In this document: positions 42,784-56,629 of the stretch, piece by piece
Layout of the letters: each line of letters opens with the position of its first letter
Numbering within the stretch: the stretch's first letter is position 1
Assembly: GCA_951406725.2 (NCBI GenBank)
Contig: OX597821.1
Location: forward strand, 13,578,001-13,642,000
DNA: 64,000 nt
Reading direction: 5' to 3'
From: Octopus vulgaris
Lineage: Eukaryota
Notes under the pieces: model-generated
Databases searched by the model: none
The model's input: the letters and a program-made list of their open reading frames with translations, nothing else
What the model was told of the DNA's origin: nothing
Position numbers and translations under genes: made by a program

Positions 42784-43687
42784 TGTAGTAGTAGTAGTAG
42801 TAGTAGTTTCCAGCGATGATTAGTGAGATACGTGATGTAAAAAATAGCTTCAGCTAAGAAAGGAAACCAGGTCATTGATAACCACTGTTCCACAGCAGTC
42901 ACCACATTCCAATTTGAAGGGGTTTATTTAGATTTTTTTAGGTTTTTTAGAGCTTTTTAGCAAGTGTTTTTAGAGTCACTTATATATTTGTTTTATTATT
43001 TAATTATTTATTCATTTATTTATTCAGGTTTCTGCGTTGTTGGCAACGTAGCTGCTCAACATGAGAACATGAGTAAGGATAATCTTCTAACTGGGGTTTT
43101 TTGGGGGTTTTTTTCTAAAAACTGGGTTCAGTGGCAGGGGTTAGGAACTGCACATTTAATTCGGTCTTGTAACTTTTACCCAGTAATTTCTAATGAATTG
43201 GGCTTTTAAAATTTATTTAAAACATTTTTGTTCAATTTAATATTTTTAATTTTATAATCTTGTGGCGCCTTTTACATCTCTAGGGCTCTTAAGTGTTTAA
43301 AAAGTAAGATCTTGATCTAGGAACTGTAAAATCGTTAATTAAATCTAAATTTAAAATCAACTTCCGAATTCCGAACTCCTTAATTTGAATCTAGGTACTT
43401 CTGAGGAAGGGAAATATACTCTGGCAAAGAGCATGTTAGCATACATTCTCTAATATAATTAAATTTGCCGATAATTAATTTAAGAATTGAACTTAGCTCA
43501 AACTAAATGTGAAAGCAGATATGAAAGATATGGAAGAGAGTCAAAAGCGAGTTGCCGGGGGGGGGGGAGGGGTTGAAAGTATGTCACTTAATGTACTTTT
43601 TGGTGCCATAACCCCTATAATAGGTGTGTTGATCTAGATTTAACAGTCAAATCAGCTTCTTGGTATAGTTATTCCGAAATGGTTGCG

Positions 43688-43733
43688 TGGTGCTGAGGTA
43701 GTGCTGAGGTGGTGCTGAGGTGGTGCTGAGGTG
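43688..43733. repeat. 11-bp minisatellite (GGTGCTGAGGT)x4
   Basis: Read directly. Confidence 0.85.
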
Positions 43734-43989
43734 TTTGAGATTATAAGATCGCCAATTCTGTTTTGGCATCTTTTGGAAATTTTAAGAATACATATCATTT
43801 GCATGAAGAACTTACAGCTACATGTAAGAACAACATGAGTGCGGGTGTGTGTATTCATGTGTGTGAATATATGTGTGTGCGCGTGGGGGAGTGAGTGGGT
43901 GTATGTGTATGTATGATAATGTAAGAGTTGTAAATATATTGGCTTCAAATTTTGGCACAAGGTCAGCAAATTTGGGTAAAATCAGTTAC

Positions 43990-44042
<53 letters not shown>

Positions 44043-44046
44043 CAAT

Positions 44047-44103
<57 letters not shown>

Positions 44104-44123
44104 CAATATTAATAATAATAATG

Positions 44124-44167
<44 letters not shown>

Positions 44168-44171
44168 CAAT

Positions 44172-44207
<36 letters not shown>

Positions 44208-44227
44208 CAATATTAATAATAATAATG

Positions 44228-44271
<44 letters not shown>

Positions 44272-44365
44272 CAATATTAATAATAATAATATTAATAATA
44301 ATAATAATAATTCTCTTTTATTTTTTTCTCTTTTACTTGTTTCAGTCATTTGACTGTGGCCATGC

Positions 44366-44427
<62 letters not shown>

Positions 44428-44605
44428 GCTTCAAATTTTGGCCGGGGGAGAGGATAAATCGATTACATCGACACCAGTATGTAACTGGTACTTATTTTAT
44501 CGACTCTGAAAGGCGGAAAGGCTAAGTCGACCTCGGCGAAGTTTTAAGAAATGCCGCTAAGTGTTTAGTGAGGCATGCTATCGATTCTGCCAGTTTACCG
44601 CCTTC

Positions 44606-44711
<106 letters not shown>

Positions 44712-44800
44712 GGATAATGATTATGATGATGAGGAGGAGTAGGACAAGCCATATCCTATAACCAGGTATTGTTTTAATTGTATAACCTGGTAAGTTTTAA

Positions 44801-44888
44801 TTCACCTGAAGAAAACAGGTTTGTTTTGTTTTTGATTTTTTATTTGTTCATCATTAAAAAGAAACAGGTCTGAAACAGCTGTAGTGAA
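44801..44888 (+). ncRNA. Type I hammerhead ribozyme, stem II partly decayed
   Basis: TTCAC-CTGAAGA-(stem II)-T-GAAAC-AGCT-GTA-GTGAA. 5-bp stem I, intact core, the same palindromic stem III as 29741..29860 and a GUA triplet; (GATA)n follows. Confidence 0.72.
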
Positions 44889-44912
44889 ACTCATAACATC
44901 TGCGTTCTTTGT

Positions 44913-45002
<90 letters not shown>

Positions 45003-45021
45003 GATAGATAGATAGATAGAT

Positions 45022-45244
45022 ATTCTTTTATTCCTTTACTTGTTTCAGTCATTTGGTTGCGGCCGTGCTGAAGTACCGCCTTGAATGGTGTTGGTCGACC
45101 AAACCGACATTAGGCTTTATCTTTTAAAACCTAGTACTCGGTCATTTTGGGAGAACTGCTAGGTTACGGGGACGTTAACACACCAACACCGGTTGTCAAA
45201 CGGTGATGGAGAGACAAACACAGATACAAATACACACGCACACG

Positions 45245-45297
<53 letters not shown>

Positions 45298-45319
45298 CCC
45301 TTTTAGAGAATTATTATTG

Positions 45320-45357
<38 letters not shown>

Positions 45358-45603
45358 TTTATATAAATAAGGATAAGATCGTTATTTAAAATACCTATCA
45401 CATCAGATGGCTAGCATGGTAATAAAATCCTCAAAGGTAATGATTAATTATTAAAATTATAATTAAGGGTATCTAAGAGATACCACCACGTTAGAAATAG
45501 CAGCCAAAACTTGACTCTGAAACCATATTTAATGTCGTTTCAGAGTCAAATTTTGGCTGCTATTTCTAGCGTGGTGGTATTTCTTAGATACCCTTAATTA
45601 TAA

Positions 45604-45644
<41 letters not shown>

Positions 45645-45800
45645 GACCGGCTTCTTTCAGTTTTCGTCTGCCAAATCCACTCACAAGAACTTTGTCAGCT
45701 TGAGGTTAGTAGAAGACACTTGCCCATACACACACACGCACACACACACGATGGGGTTCCATATCATTGCCATCACTCACAATGCTTTGGTTGCTCCCAT
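45022..45800 (-). mobile_element. Older SINE family A copy interrupted in its internal microsatellite by a (TA)n-flanked insert
   Basis: The tail module (45022..45240) and the CGACCGGCTTCTTTCAG module (from 45644) are separated by the insert. Confidence 0.75.
45365..45611 (+). mobile_element. (TA)n-flanked structured repeat with a 75-bp inverted duplication
   Basis: Arms 45449..45523 and 45537..45611 with 3 mismatches and a 13-nt spacer. Confidence 0.8.
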
Positions 45801-46286
45801 AGAAGACTTGCTCAAGGAGCCGCATGGTGGGATCGAACTCGAAGTCACGTGACTACAATGCTAGCTTCTTAATCACACAGTTATGCATGCACTTTGAGAG
45901 GGCCACAATTTAGGTTTACTCAAGAAACCCACAAATACAAGATTAACCTAACTACCAAGTTTATGTAAACCTTCCACTTCTGTTATTGTTTGATGTTCGC
46001 ACAAACAACAAAAATCAATAATAAAAACAAAGCAAACATTAAAAATAAAAATGCAAACATCAAGTGTTTTTGAAACTATAACAACAACAGCAACAATAAC
46101 AATCAGCAAGAGATTATAACATTTTTTTTTTAAATTGCGAAAATTTGCAAATGACAATTTAAAAAAAAAAAAAACTATTCCAGCGTTTAAACAATAAAAA
46201 AAAAAACAGAACGAAAGAACAATATCGAAAATAAGATCATCATCATTATCATCATCATTAACAGCAACAGCCATAACGATTCAAAC

Positions 46287-46317
<31 letters not shown>

Positions 46318-46322
46318 TGATG

Positions 46323-46404
<82 letters not shown>

Positions 46405-46466
46405 TAATAATAATAATAATGATAATAATAATAATAATATTAATAATAATAATAATATTAATAATA

Positions 46467-46517
<51 letters not shown>

Positions 46518-46518
46518 C

Positions 46519-46585
<67 letters not shown>

Positions 46586-46652
46586 TTAATAATAAATAAT
46601 AATATAAATAATAATAATAATAAAAATATTAATAATAATAATGATAATAATG

Positions 46653-46731
<79 letters not shown>

Positions 46732-47276
46732 TAATAATAATGATAATGATGATGATGATAATAATAATGATAACAATGATGATGATAATGATAATAATTT
46801 TTTTTCTTCTACTTCACCATCATCATTACCATCATCATCACCGACAACGATTCAAAGTACTATCATCAAAACAAATAAAAACACGCTCATTATTCTCGTT
46901 ACTGATATCATCATCATCATCATTATCATCATCATCATTATCAATAACAACAACAACTACGACAAACAGAAAACACCTCACTGGAAGGAAGGAAGGAAGG
47001 AACTAAATCAGCTGAATTATACCAAGGGAGATAGTGAGAGTTGGAGGTGGAAATGGGGGGGGGGAGCGGTGTAGATAGAGAGATTCAGACTCGCAGAGAA
47101 GGTGGATAGACGAGCAGGCAAACAGATAGACAGACAGAGAAAGAGACAGAAATGCAGAGACAATAACGGAAACATCATCAACAATACCACTACCACCACC
47201 ACCACTATCATCATCATCATCATCATTAACTACATAAGCTACAGTAACACGAGACCGTTCATCAACAAGACAATTT

Positions 47277-47688
47277 ACTCTTTTTTTTTACTCTTTTACT
47301 TGTTTCAGTCATTTGACTGCGGCCATGCTGGGGCATCGCATTTAGTCGAGCAAATCGACCCCAGGACTTATTCTTTGTAAGCCTAGTACTTATTCTATCA
47401 GTCTCTTTTGCCGACCCGCTAAGTTACGGGGACGTAAACACACCACCATCGGTTATCAAGCGATGATTGGTGGGGGGGGGGACAAACACAGACACAAACA
47501 TATACACACACATATATATATACATATATACGACGGACTTCTTTCAGTTTACGTCTACCGAATCCATTCACAAGGCTTTGGTCGGCCCGAGGCTATAGTA
47601 GAAAACACTTGCCCAAGGTGCCACACAGTGGGAATGAACCCGGAGCCGATGTGGTTGGTAAGCAAGCTACTTACCACACAGCCACTCC
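47277..47688 (-). mobile_element. SINE family A
   Basis: Matches the other family A copies over nearly the full length. Confidence 0.9.
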
Positions 47689-48510
47689 AAGTTTTATCAA
47701 CAACAACAACACTAACAACAAAAAGTTAAACACGTAATCACCCTCATCATCATCATCATCATCGTCATCACAACCACCACCACCACCACCATCCTCATCA
47801 TCAATATCACCCGCATCGTCATCGTCGTCGTCGTCATCATTACCACCACTGTGCGACGTCTGCAGAGACGACACAACAACGGCAGTAACAATAACAACAG
47901 CAACAACTACGTCTACAGCATCAGTAACAACTACAAAAACATCAATAACAACAACAACAACAACGACAACCACTACTACATTTAAACAAAAATAACAAAA
48001 CCCTACAAAAAAAACGCAGTAAACATCAAAACTTATCGATTTCAGTTTTCTCAACACCACACACTGTTACTAATTGTGATTAAACTGCAGGAAATTTGCT
48101 AAAATGGAGCGTCTATTTTATTTTATTTTATCTTATTTTATTGTTTATTGTTCGTAGAATTTTTATTTATTTAATTTATTTTATTTAATTATTTGCGTAT
48201 TTCATTTTTCAAATACTCCTTATTGATTTGCGTGGAACTTAGGAAAAGAAACGCTGAGTGAAATGAAATAAAAAATTAAAATATAAAATGAAAATAAGAT
48301 AAAAGAAAAAAGCTTGGTTGTTGATCGATAATAATATAAGCATCGAATTACAGCTAGAGTGTCACAACGACTACTGCTGAAGATGCTAATGCTGCTGTTG
48401 TTACTGCTGCTGTTGGGGTTGCGGCTGCTAGTCTTGTTACTATTGCCACTACTGCTGCTGCTGCTGCTATTAGCACTACCACAATCACCACTATTACAAC
48501 TACTACAGAT

Positions 48511-48897
48511 GGATGGAAGCACTCCGTCGGTTACGACGACGAGGGTTCCGGTTGATCCGAATCAACGGAACAGCCTGCTCGTGAAATTAACGTGTAAGTG
48601 GCTGAGCACTCCACAGACACGTGTACCCTTAACGTAGTTCTCGGGGATATTCAGCGTGACACAGAGAGTGACAAGGCCGGCCCTTTGAAGTACAGGTACA
48701 ACAGAAACAGGAAGTAAGAGTGAGAGAAAGTTGTGGTGAGAGAGTACAGCAGGGATCACCACCATCCCCTGCCGGAGCCTCGTGGAGCTTTAGGTGTTTT
48801 CGCTCAATAAACACTCACAACGCCCGGTCTGGGAATCGAAACCGCGATTCTATGACCGTGAGTCCGCTGCCCTAACCACTGGGCCATTACGCCTCCA
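48511..48897 (-). mobile_element. SINE family C (H1 + T2)
   Basis: Minus-strand A box TGGCCCAGTGG and B box GGTTTCGATTCCC; direct repeat ACTACAGAT at 48502 and 48901. Confidence 0.9.
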
Positions 48898-48945
48898 CTA
48901 ACTACAGATAGTGCTACTAAAAAGTAAGAGACAACGCACTAAGGC

Positions 48946-49104
48946 AGAGAAATTAATCCAAATCGGCCACATATTGTTATTGTAGACAATAAGGGTGAAA
49001 AGATATACTCCCTAATCAACGTATCAGTCCCAACAGACGATAATATATTCGTAAAAGAAATGGAGAAATTATCCAAATATAACGATTCCTGTGTGGAAGT
49101 TGCA
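48946..49104 (+). pseudogene. Old Dong/R4-like RLE domain fragment
   Basis: Translates REINPNRPHIVIVDNKGEKIYSLINVSVPTDDNIFVKEMEKLSKYNDSCVEVA, homologous to ANRPDII..EVSVPTDKN..KEFDKLSKY near 27800. Confidence 0.8.
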
Positions 49105-49109
49105 TATTA

Positions 49110-49445
49110 TTTCTTTATTGCCCACAAGGAGTTAAACATTGAGGGGACAAACAATGACAGACAAAGGAATTAAGTCGATTACATCGACCCCAGTGCGTAA
49201 CTGGTACTTAATTTATCGACCCCGAAAGGATGAAAGGCAAAGTCGACCTCAGCGGAATTTAAACTCAGAACGAAATACCAATTTCTTTACTACCCACAAG
49301 GGGCTAAATGCAGAGAGGACAAACAAGGACAGACAAAGGATGAAAGGCAAAGTTGACCTCGACGGAATTTGAACTCAGAACGTAACGGCAGACGAAATAC
49401 GACTACGCATTTCGCCCTGCGTGCTAACGTTTCTGCCAGCTCACA
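49110..49445 (-). mobile_element. Dimeric SINE family B with a 14-bp target-site duplication
   Basis: GAAGTTGCATATTA at 49096..49109 and 49446..49459. Confidence 0.88.
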
Positions 49446-50079
49446 GAAGTTGCATATTAGCCACTCAAAAACACACTTAAATTGTTGCCTTCGATTAAAC
49501 ATTAACGATTTGGTGTCAAAATCTTCGGGGGTGCATATGGCTCTGGGTGTTCATATAAGATTTCGTTGTTAAAATTTATTAGCAATAAAGTGTTTATACT
49601 TCTACAATACATAAAACACTCAAGCAATTCTTTTTTATACAATTGCTGATGATATTTCATTATGAAACTATAAAAGGATTTTTATTAAACATTGAATGGC
49701 CATGGATGTCCAGTAGGAGAAAATAGGAATCAAAGGTGTCCATAGATTTTTTTATATGGTTGAGAAACACTGATTGAAATATATTCTTTAAAAAATGAAA
49801 ATAGTGATAACTGAAGGTAGAGATAAACTTTAAAGAATAGGTTCGTTTGAGATGATTATAAAAGATACAGAAAAATACACAACACAGTAGATAATACTCA
49901 CCACAGTTCACGTGCTCTGTAGGGTACTTTCTATACAATCAAAGCAGCAAATCCGAGGGAAAGCACTGCAAATAGTCAATGCATATAGAGCGGTGTACAG
50001 CGGTGCAGTGGAAGCATACGATAAGATTTAGACTACTGGGAAAAAACAATATTAATGATATAATAACTTTTTTTTTTTT

Positions 50080-50525
50080 TTGTAAATTTGGTGCAGTTTA
50101 GTAATTTTGAGGGAAATAATCGATTATATCGACGCCAGTACTTGACTGGTACTTCATTTTCACTCTGCACTTGACTGGTACTTTGTTTAATCAGCTTTCA
50201 AAGGATGAAATACAAAGTTAATTGCAACAGAATTTGAACTCAAGAAGCAAAGAGTCAGAACTTATACGTTTAATGACTCTGCTAATTCAATGTCCTGATT
50301 AGAATAATTCTTTCTAATTTTCGTACAAGGCGGGACCTTTTAGAGGAAGAAGTTTTGTTGATTACATTGGCCGCAATGTTTAACTGGAATATATTTTATC
50401 GCCCCCCGAAATTGTGGAAGTAAATGTTGACTTTGGCAGGATTTGAACTTAGAACGTACAATGTCAGAAGAAATACCTCAGCGCATCTTTTTGACACTCT
50501 AACGATCCTGCCAACTCGCCGCTCT
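50080..50525 (-). mobile_element. Two degenerate SINE family B copies
   Basis: GACTGGTACTT..GGATGAAA..GAATTTGAACT modules. Confidence 0.65.
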
Positions 50526-50574
50526 GATTATAAGAATGATCACAATGACAACAACGATGACAATAACAGCAAAT

Positions 50575-50690
50575 ATATCAGGGGCTCCGGGGACTGACAA
50601 ATACATTACAAAAACCACAGGGACCAGACAAATACATAAGCAAAACATTTAGATGCAGAGAGCCGCAGACAGAAAACCTTAGAAAATAAG
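50575..50690 (+). pseudogene. Possible highly decayed Dong/R4 C-terminal fragment
   Basis: SGAPGTDKYITKTTG..Q.I...A..RK resembles the GALG..KY...PG..QKI..TAHILRK pattern. Confidence 0.35.
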
Positions 50691-51092
50691 ACAACTACAT
50701 TAACAAGAATCTCAAGACATACAAACAAATATATAACATACATATATTGTATTACAATGCACTGTACACACTTATATAACTTTGACTACTTTTGATGTTA
50801 CTGAACAACAAAAATATATAATAAGACAATAAAATACCGCTGTGTCCGGTGTAACAGAAATCAATATTGTTTTGATTACTGACATTCGAACAAGACAACA
50901 CATGATGCAGACAATTTTTGTTGTCTCCAGTCGTTATTTCATAATTCAATTTTCTCTCTCTTCATGTGCCATGCCTACAGACGTTGGCGACCTGGGATTC
51001 CCATGCTAAAGTCTAAAACTTTATGATATTTCTCGGGAAAAGAAAGCTACCATATTCGTTTCGCCTGACTTTCTCCTGGTTTATCTACAACT

Positions 51093-51406
51093 TACTCTTT
51101 TTTACTCTCCCTCTCTCTTTTACTTGTTTCAGTCATTTGACTGCGGCCATGCTGGAGCACCGCCTTTAGTCGAGCAAATGCTAGGGGGACAAACACAGAC
51201 ACACAAACATACACACACATACATATATATATATACATATATACGACAGGCTTCTTTCAGTTTCCGTCGACCAAATCCACTCACCAGACATTAGTCGGCC
51301 CGGGGCTATAGCAGAAGACACTTGCCCAAGATGCCACGCAGTGGGACTGAACCCGGAACCATGTGGTTGGTTAGCAAGCTACTTACCACACAGCCACTCC
51401 TGCGCC
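51093..51406 (-). mobile_element. SINE family A with an internal deletion
   Basis: Head and tail are intact; about 100 bp is missing after GAGCAAAT. Direct repeat TACAAC at both ends. Confidence 0.88.
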
Positions 51407-51735
51407 TACAACATTTTCTGTTCTTTCGAGCTTGACCCTGAAGCACAAGGAGATGGGTTCACGTGACATCAATATATGTCCACACAATGACAGGCCCGTG
51501 TGATACAAATCTTGGGGGACAGTCCACCTCCGAGCAATGGTATGCCTTAGCTATAGGATCATCTCCTGCTATTTGACCCATAACTAGGGCCCTTAACAGA
51601 TACCATTACTTAGAACAAGAATGGATCTGGGCGCAGTGGTGGTCAAGGGTCACTTCCATAGTCATTAAAATTTCCGAACTCCCGAACTGCACCCTCATCA
51701 CTGAATACAGCTTGATGCCTACCCTACAATAAATT

Positions 51736-51785
<50 letters not shown>

Positions 51786-52245
51786 TTGAGGTTGCCATTC
51801 TTATCAACGGACACGAAGTCTTATAATTATTTATAGGCCAAGGAAGGTCAGCAGATATGATTGAATGTCAAGAGAGTGGATACGTTCCAAACGGAAGTTA
51901 AGAGTGATCAGCTGATTCGATAAGAAGTGCATTGCTTAGCGACTATAATATTACCATGAATATAACCATGAAAAAAAAAATCAACTATACCAGGAACCTA
52001 CGAAAGTGCATAGCACTCAGGATTTCTCGAGCATAATATACATACATGCACACACATCCACACTCATTCACACACATATACACATACACACACATATATA
52101 TACGCACACCTATAAATATACACACGCACAGACTGATATACATATATGCACACGCACAGACACATATACATATATATAGACACGCACATATACCAATTAT
52201 GTGCGTGTATAATATATATACATGCACATATGTTATATAATAGTA

Positions 52246-52586
52246 CGAGCAAAACGCCCCCCGTCCAATGGATGGTGCTGAGTTGTCTAACATTTAAACC
52301 AAATTTTCTCAAAACAACTTGTCCTACCGTCCCATATGCCTCTCCTTTGAGAAACACTGATTTAACCTAAATTTGAGATACCAGCAAAAGGAAAAATAAA
52401 GATAGACTTTTTTCTATTCCAAGAAAAACGATTTTACAAATGCACGTTCCCACGGCTTTATTGATCGCATTCTCACCAGGAATCGATTTTTGGATTTTTT
52501 TCAAGACTTATACACGCTCAGATACCGTCGGTATCTACATATCAAATTTGAGTGCAATCGGATGGAGGATGCCCGAGATCCTAGCA

Positions 52587-52655
<69 letters not shown>

Positions 52656-52673
52656 CGGATTTTATATAATAGA
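52246..52673 (-). mobile_element. Non-autonomous Helitron
   Basis: Minus strand starts A|TCTATTATATAAAA then (TG)n. It ends with the hairpin CCATCC-ATT-GGACGG about 15 nt before CTCG|T, a CTAG variant. The A/T insertion site fits a Helitron. Confidence 0.6.
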
Positions 52674-52750
52674 TACAGAGAGAGAGAGGGGGGAAGAGTG
52701 GAATGAGAGAAAGAAACATTACTACATATATCTGTACCATAGACTATACC

Positions 52751-52985
52751 TATTTCTTTATTACCCACAAGGGGCTAAACATAGAGGGGACAAACAAGGA
52801 CAGACATAGGTATTAAGTCGATTATATCGATCCCAATGCGTAACTGGTACTTAATGTATCGACCCCGAAAGGATGAAAGGCAAAGTCGACCTCGGCGGAA
52901 TTTGAACTCACAACGTAACGGCAGACAAAATACCGCTAGGCATTTCGTCCGGCGTGCTAACGTTTCTGCCAGCTCACCGCCTTTA
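52751..52985 (-). mobile_element. Full-length SINE family B with a 16-bp target-site duplication
   Basis: TACCATAGACTATACC at 52735..52750 and 52986..53001. Confidence 0.92.
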
Positions 52986-54018
52986 TACCATAGACTATAC
53001 CACTAGCCAAATCGAATCAAGTCTCACCTATCACAATTTAATAGTTGCAAAGGTATCAGATGCACAGCAAGTTTGCCTTGCGGTTTTTTTAAACCAAAAT
53101 AACCATAAATACTAATTATCTTTCTCTTTATTACAGCTGCAATTTAAATCCATTAATCATTTACCAGTCCAAATCATTTTCGTTCGTCCTAAACACCTAT
53201 GCTTTATTGTTACTTAAATATTTATGTGTTTTTTTTCAGACTTTTAGTTAGCCTTTGTTTCATATATTCTGAGTAATATAAAGCTTTATTTTCATAAGGT
53301 GCAAGTTACTGATAGTTGAAAAATCAAAATGGGTTTGTGTGTTATATATGATATACAGACGACGGGAAAGTATGTCCTACATATGACATATGGTTAAGAA
53401 AAAACACTTTCCTTTTTCTAAATATATTCAGAAATCCAGAAGTGATAAACACGAAGATGGTCTTCGTTTGTACGCCAAATGTATGTCAATGGAAAATTAC
53501 CAACAACAAGAAGAGGAAAAGCCAAACAACCAGAAAGAGGCTAATATCAATGTATTTGAATACGTAGTGAAAGAAGATGAATTGAAGTTTCGGACAGATT
53601 TCCTTTGTCAGATTAGGTGGAAACACACACAGATGGATATACATTTTGGTATCTTTTATTTATTTCTGTCATTGGAGTGTGGTCATCGTGGAGCACTTCG
53701 TTGAAGGGTTTAGTCGAACAAATTGCCACAGTACTTATTTTTTTAAGACTTGGTACTTATTCTATCGAATTCTTTTGCCGAAACGCTAAGTAGCTAAAGT
53801 GACATAAACTGACCCACGCCATGTCAACAGGTGGTGGAGGAAAACACAATACGAACAGAAAACACATATACACATAAATATGCATATACACATACATATA
53901 TACACAGGTGTGTATATATATGTATGTATGTATGCATGTATGTATGTATGTATGTATGTATGTATGTATGTATGTATGTATGTATGTATGTATGCATTTA
54001 TGTATGTGTCTGTCTATA

Positions 54019-54361
54019 CGTGGTCTGATCGACATTTTTTCAGCCATCTTTGAAACGTCTGAACCACTCGTACACTTGTGTGCGGCTCATACACTCCTCT
54101 CCATACACTATCTGCAACTTTGCGTAAGCCTCTGAGCAGGTATTGCCATGACAACTTTCTCTGTCATGGTCAGCACCAGGATCACACGCTACACATCTTC
54201 CTTCGAAGCACTGCTGTAATCAGTGGAAGTGACCTAGAACGTTAAAACTTTGTGCGCATGCATATCAGCATTTAAGGTTAATCTTCGCCAAGCAGTTTTA
54301 CTCTGCGTGTTTTAGCTTCGTTATTATGGCAACAGGCCGGATACTTATTGATCAGTCCTCG
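54019..54361 (-). mobile_element. Internally deleted mariner transposon
   Basis: TA-flanked TIRs CGTGGTCTGATC / GATCAGTCCTCG. The minus strand encodes the transposase HTH segment EAYAKLQIVYGEECMSRTQVYEWFRRFKDG. Confidence 0.85.
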
Positions 54362-54437
54362 TATATACGAGGCAGGCAGGCAGACAGGCGAGCAGGCAGG
54401 CAGGCAGACAGGCAGGCAGACAGACAGACAGACAGAC

Positions 54438-54512
<75 letters not shown>

Positions 54513-55723
54513 GTCTGTGGGGGTGCTTTAGTTTTTGTCTACTAAATCCATTCACAAAGCTTTCATCGGGCCGGTATTAGAGTTGAAGACGCTTGTCCAA
54601 TGATTACGCGCAGTGGAAACGAACCCAAGACCACAAAGTTGGGGAGCAAAAGCCAATATGAGATTCACTGAGATGCACCCCGAATAATGGTAAACAATTA
54701 GTTGGGTTAGTGGAGTTGGGAGGTTTCTAACAGACAGGCGGATGCATTTCCCTCTCTAACGTCATCTCCCTCTTCCGTATTGTTTGTTCGTGGGAAAGCG
54801 AATCCTGACAAATTTACCGACATTATTATTATAAATTTCTGAATCAGTGAATAACCTTACTGAAAATCTATATCTCCCCCTACTCATTCTAAGGATTTTG
54901 TGTGTACAAATAAGACTGTTTAGCAGAGGATCTCTAGTAAGACCGAAACATACCAAGAGTTATCACCTGCTTACCGAAACTTAGACCCACTCACTACTGT
55001 ATGGCTCCTAAATCAAATTTTAACCAAACTGGATATCTAGATCGTCTCCTTTGGATTGATGAGAAATGTTATTAAAGCTAACGACTTTTCTCTTCGTTAG
55101 TGCTGTAATTTTAATTAATTAAACACTGTTATTGGAAGGGATTAATGCATCAAATATTTTAACTCTCCATCCCTTACCTATATCAAAATATAGACGAACC
55201 CATTATAATACAAACTGTATCACACATATTACTAAATGTAATAACGGGTTGAGTAAGGGAAACCAGGTTAATTATTTCATGTTATTAATTTATATTAGAA
55301 GAGATTAAGAGTCAAGATAGAACAGCTGCATTTCTTAATCCTGGTTGGCAACTGCTGTTTACTTTCGCCAGATTTTCTGTGAAATTTCTGCAGAAGTAAT
55401 TGGCCGTTAACGTTAGAGTCAACATCTTGAGCCTTTAGAGTTCAAATAACAAATATAAAATAGGATAAAGGAGAAAACACTCACACCGCCACCACCACCA
55501 CCACAACAACAACAACAATAACAACAGCGATAACGAGAACAAAAATACAACAGATAAAAAAAGAAGGATAAGTAAGTGTCGGGGAGAGAAGGAAACGAAA
55601 GAGAAAATACTGAATGACTGGAATGAAACTATATATTGGTAGAAAGAGGCACAAACCAACGAACGTACAATCTAGCTTAGAGAATAGAAAGAGAGCACAG
55701 AAATCATGCAAATACATACATAG

Positions 55724-55766
<43 letters not shown>

Positions 55767-55835
55767 CATACACATACATATATATTTACATATATACATA
55801 CATATGCACATACATGATATATATATATATATCAC

Positions 55836-55899
<64 letters not shown>

Positions 55900-56245
55900 A
55901 TGTATGTATCTTGTATATAAAAAGAAAACACGTAAAGACACAACACAAAAGACATGCCAAGAAGCTTGGATGTTAAGAAGGAACTGTTTTCTGCAAGGAA
56001 AGGGAAAAGATGAGAATCAGAATGTTCACTTAGAACAGAAGGGTGCCCCTGCCAATAGATCGAATCTCAGCGTTAAGCCACCTATGGCTTTATATTTGTG
56101 TAGCTCCATGCGTATTTTATTTATATGTTTTCTCGTGATATTTTCTTCTCTTCGTGTTTTACCGAGAGGGCTTACGTATTTTGCGTTTGTCTTATACATA
56201 CATACATATGTATATATACATAAATACATCCATATTACATATACA

Positions 56246-56319
<74 letters not shown>

Positions 56320-56576
56320 AAATCGGTTGCGTGAGGGAGTGTAAAGAAGAATTGATTTTTACAGTCCATTACCTTTTATATAGAAATCCGTTATATACAA
56401 ATTCATTCATATTTATATGTACACGCTATGTATGAGTATGTATATATATATATATATATATATGCATTTACATTTATACATACATACAAACATATTACAA
56501 ATATATGTGTATAATACATACATGTATATATGTATGTATATGTATCTATGTATGTATGTATATGTATGTATGTATC

Positions 56577-56629
<53 letters not shown>

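Noticed and set aside
48826-48897. tRNA-like sequence with A and B boxes
   Set aside because: It is the head of a multi-copy SINE, continuous with the SINE body and flanked by a TSD, not a tRNA gene.
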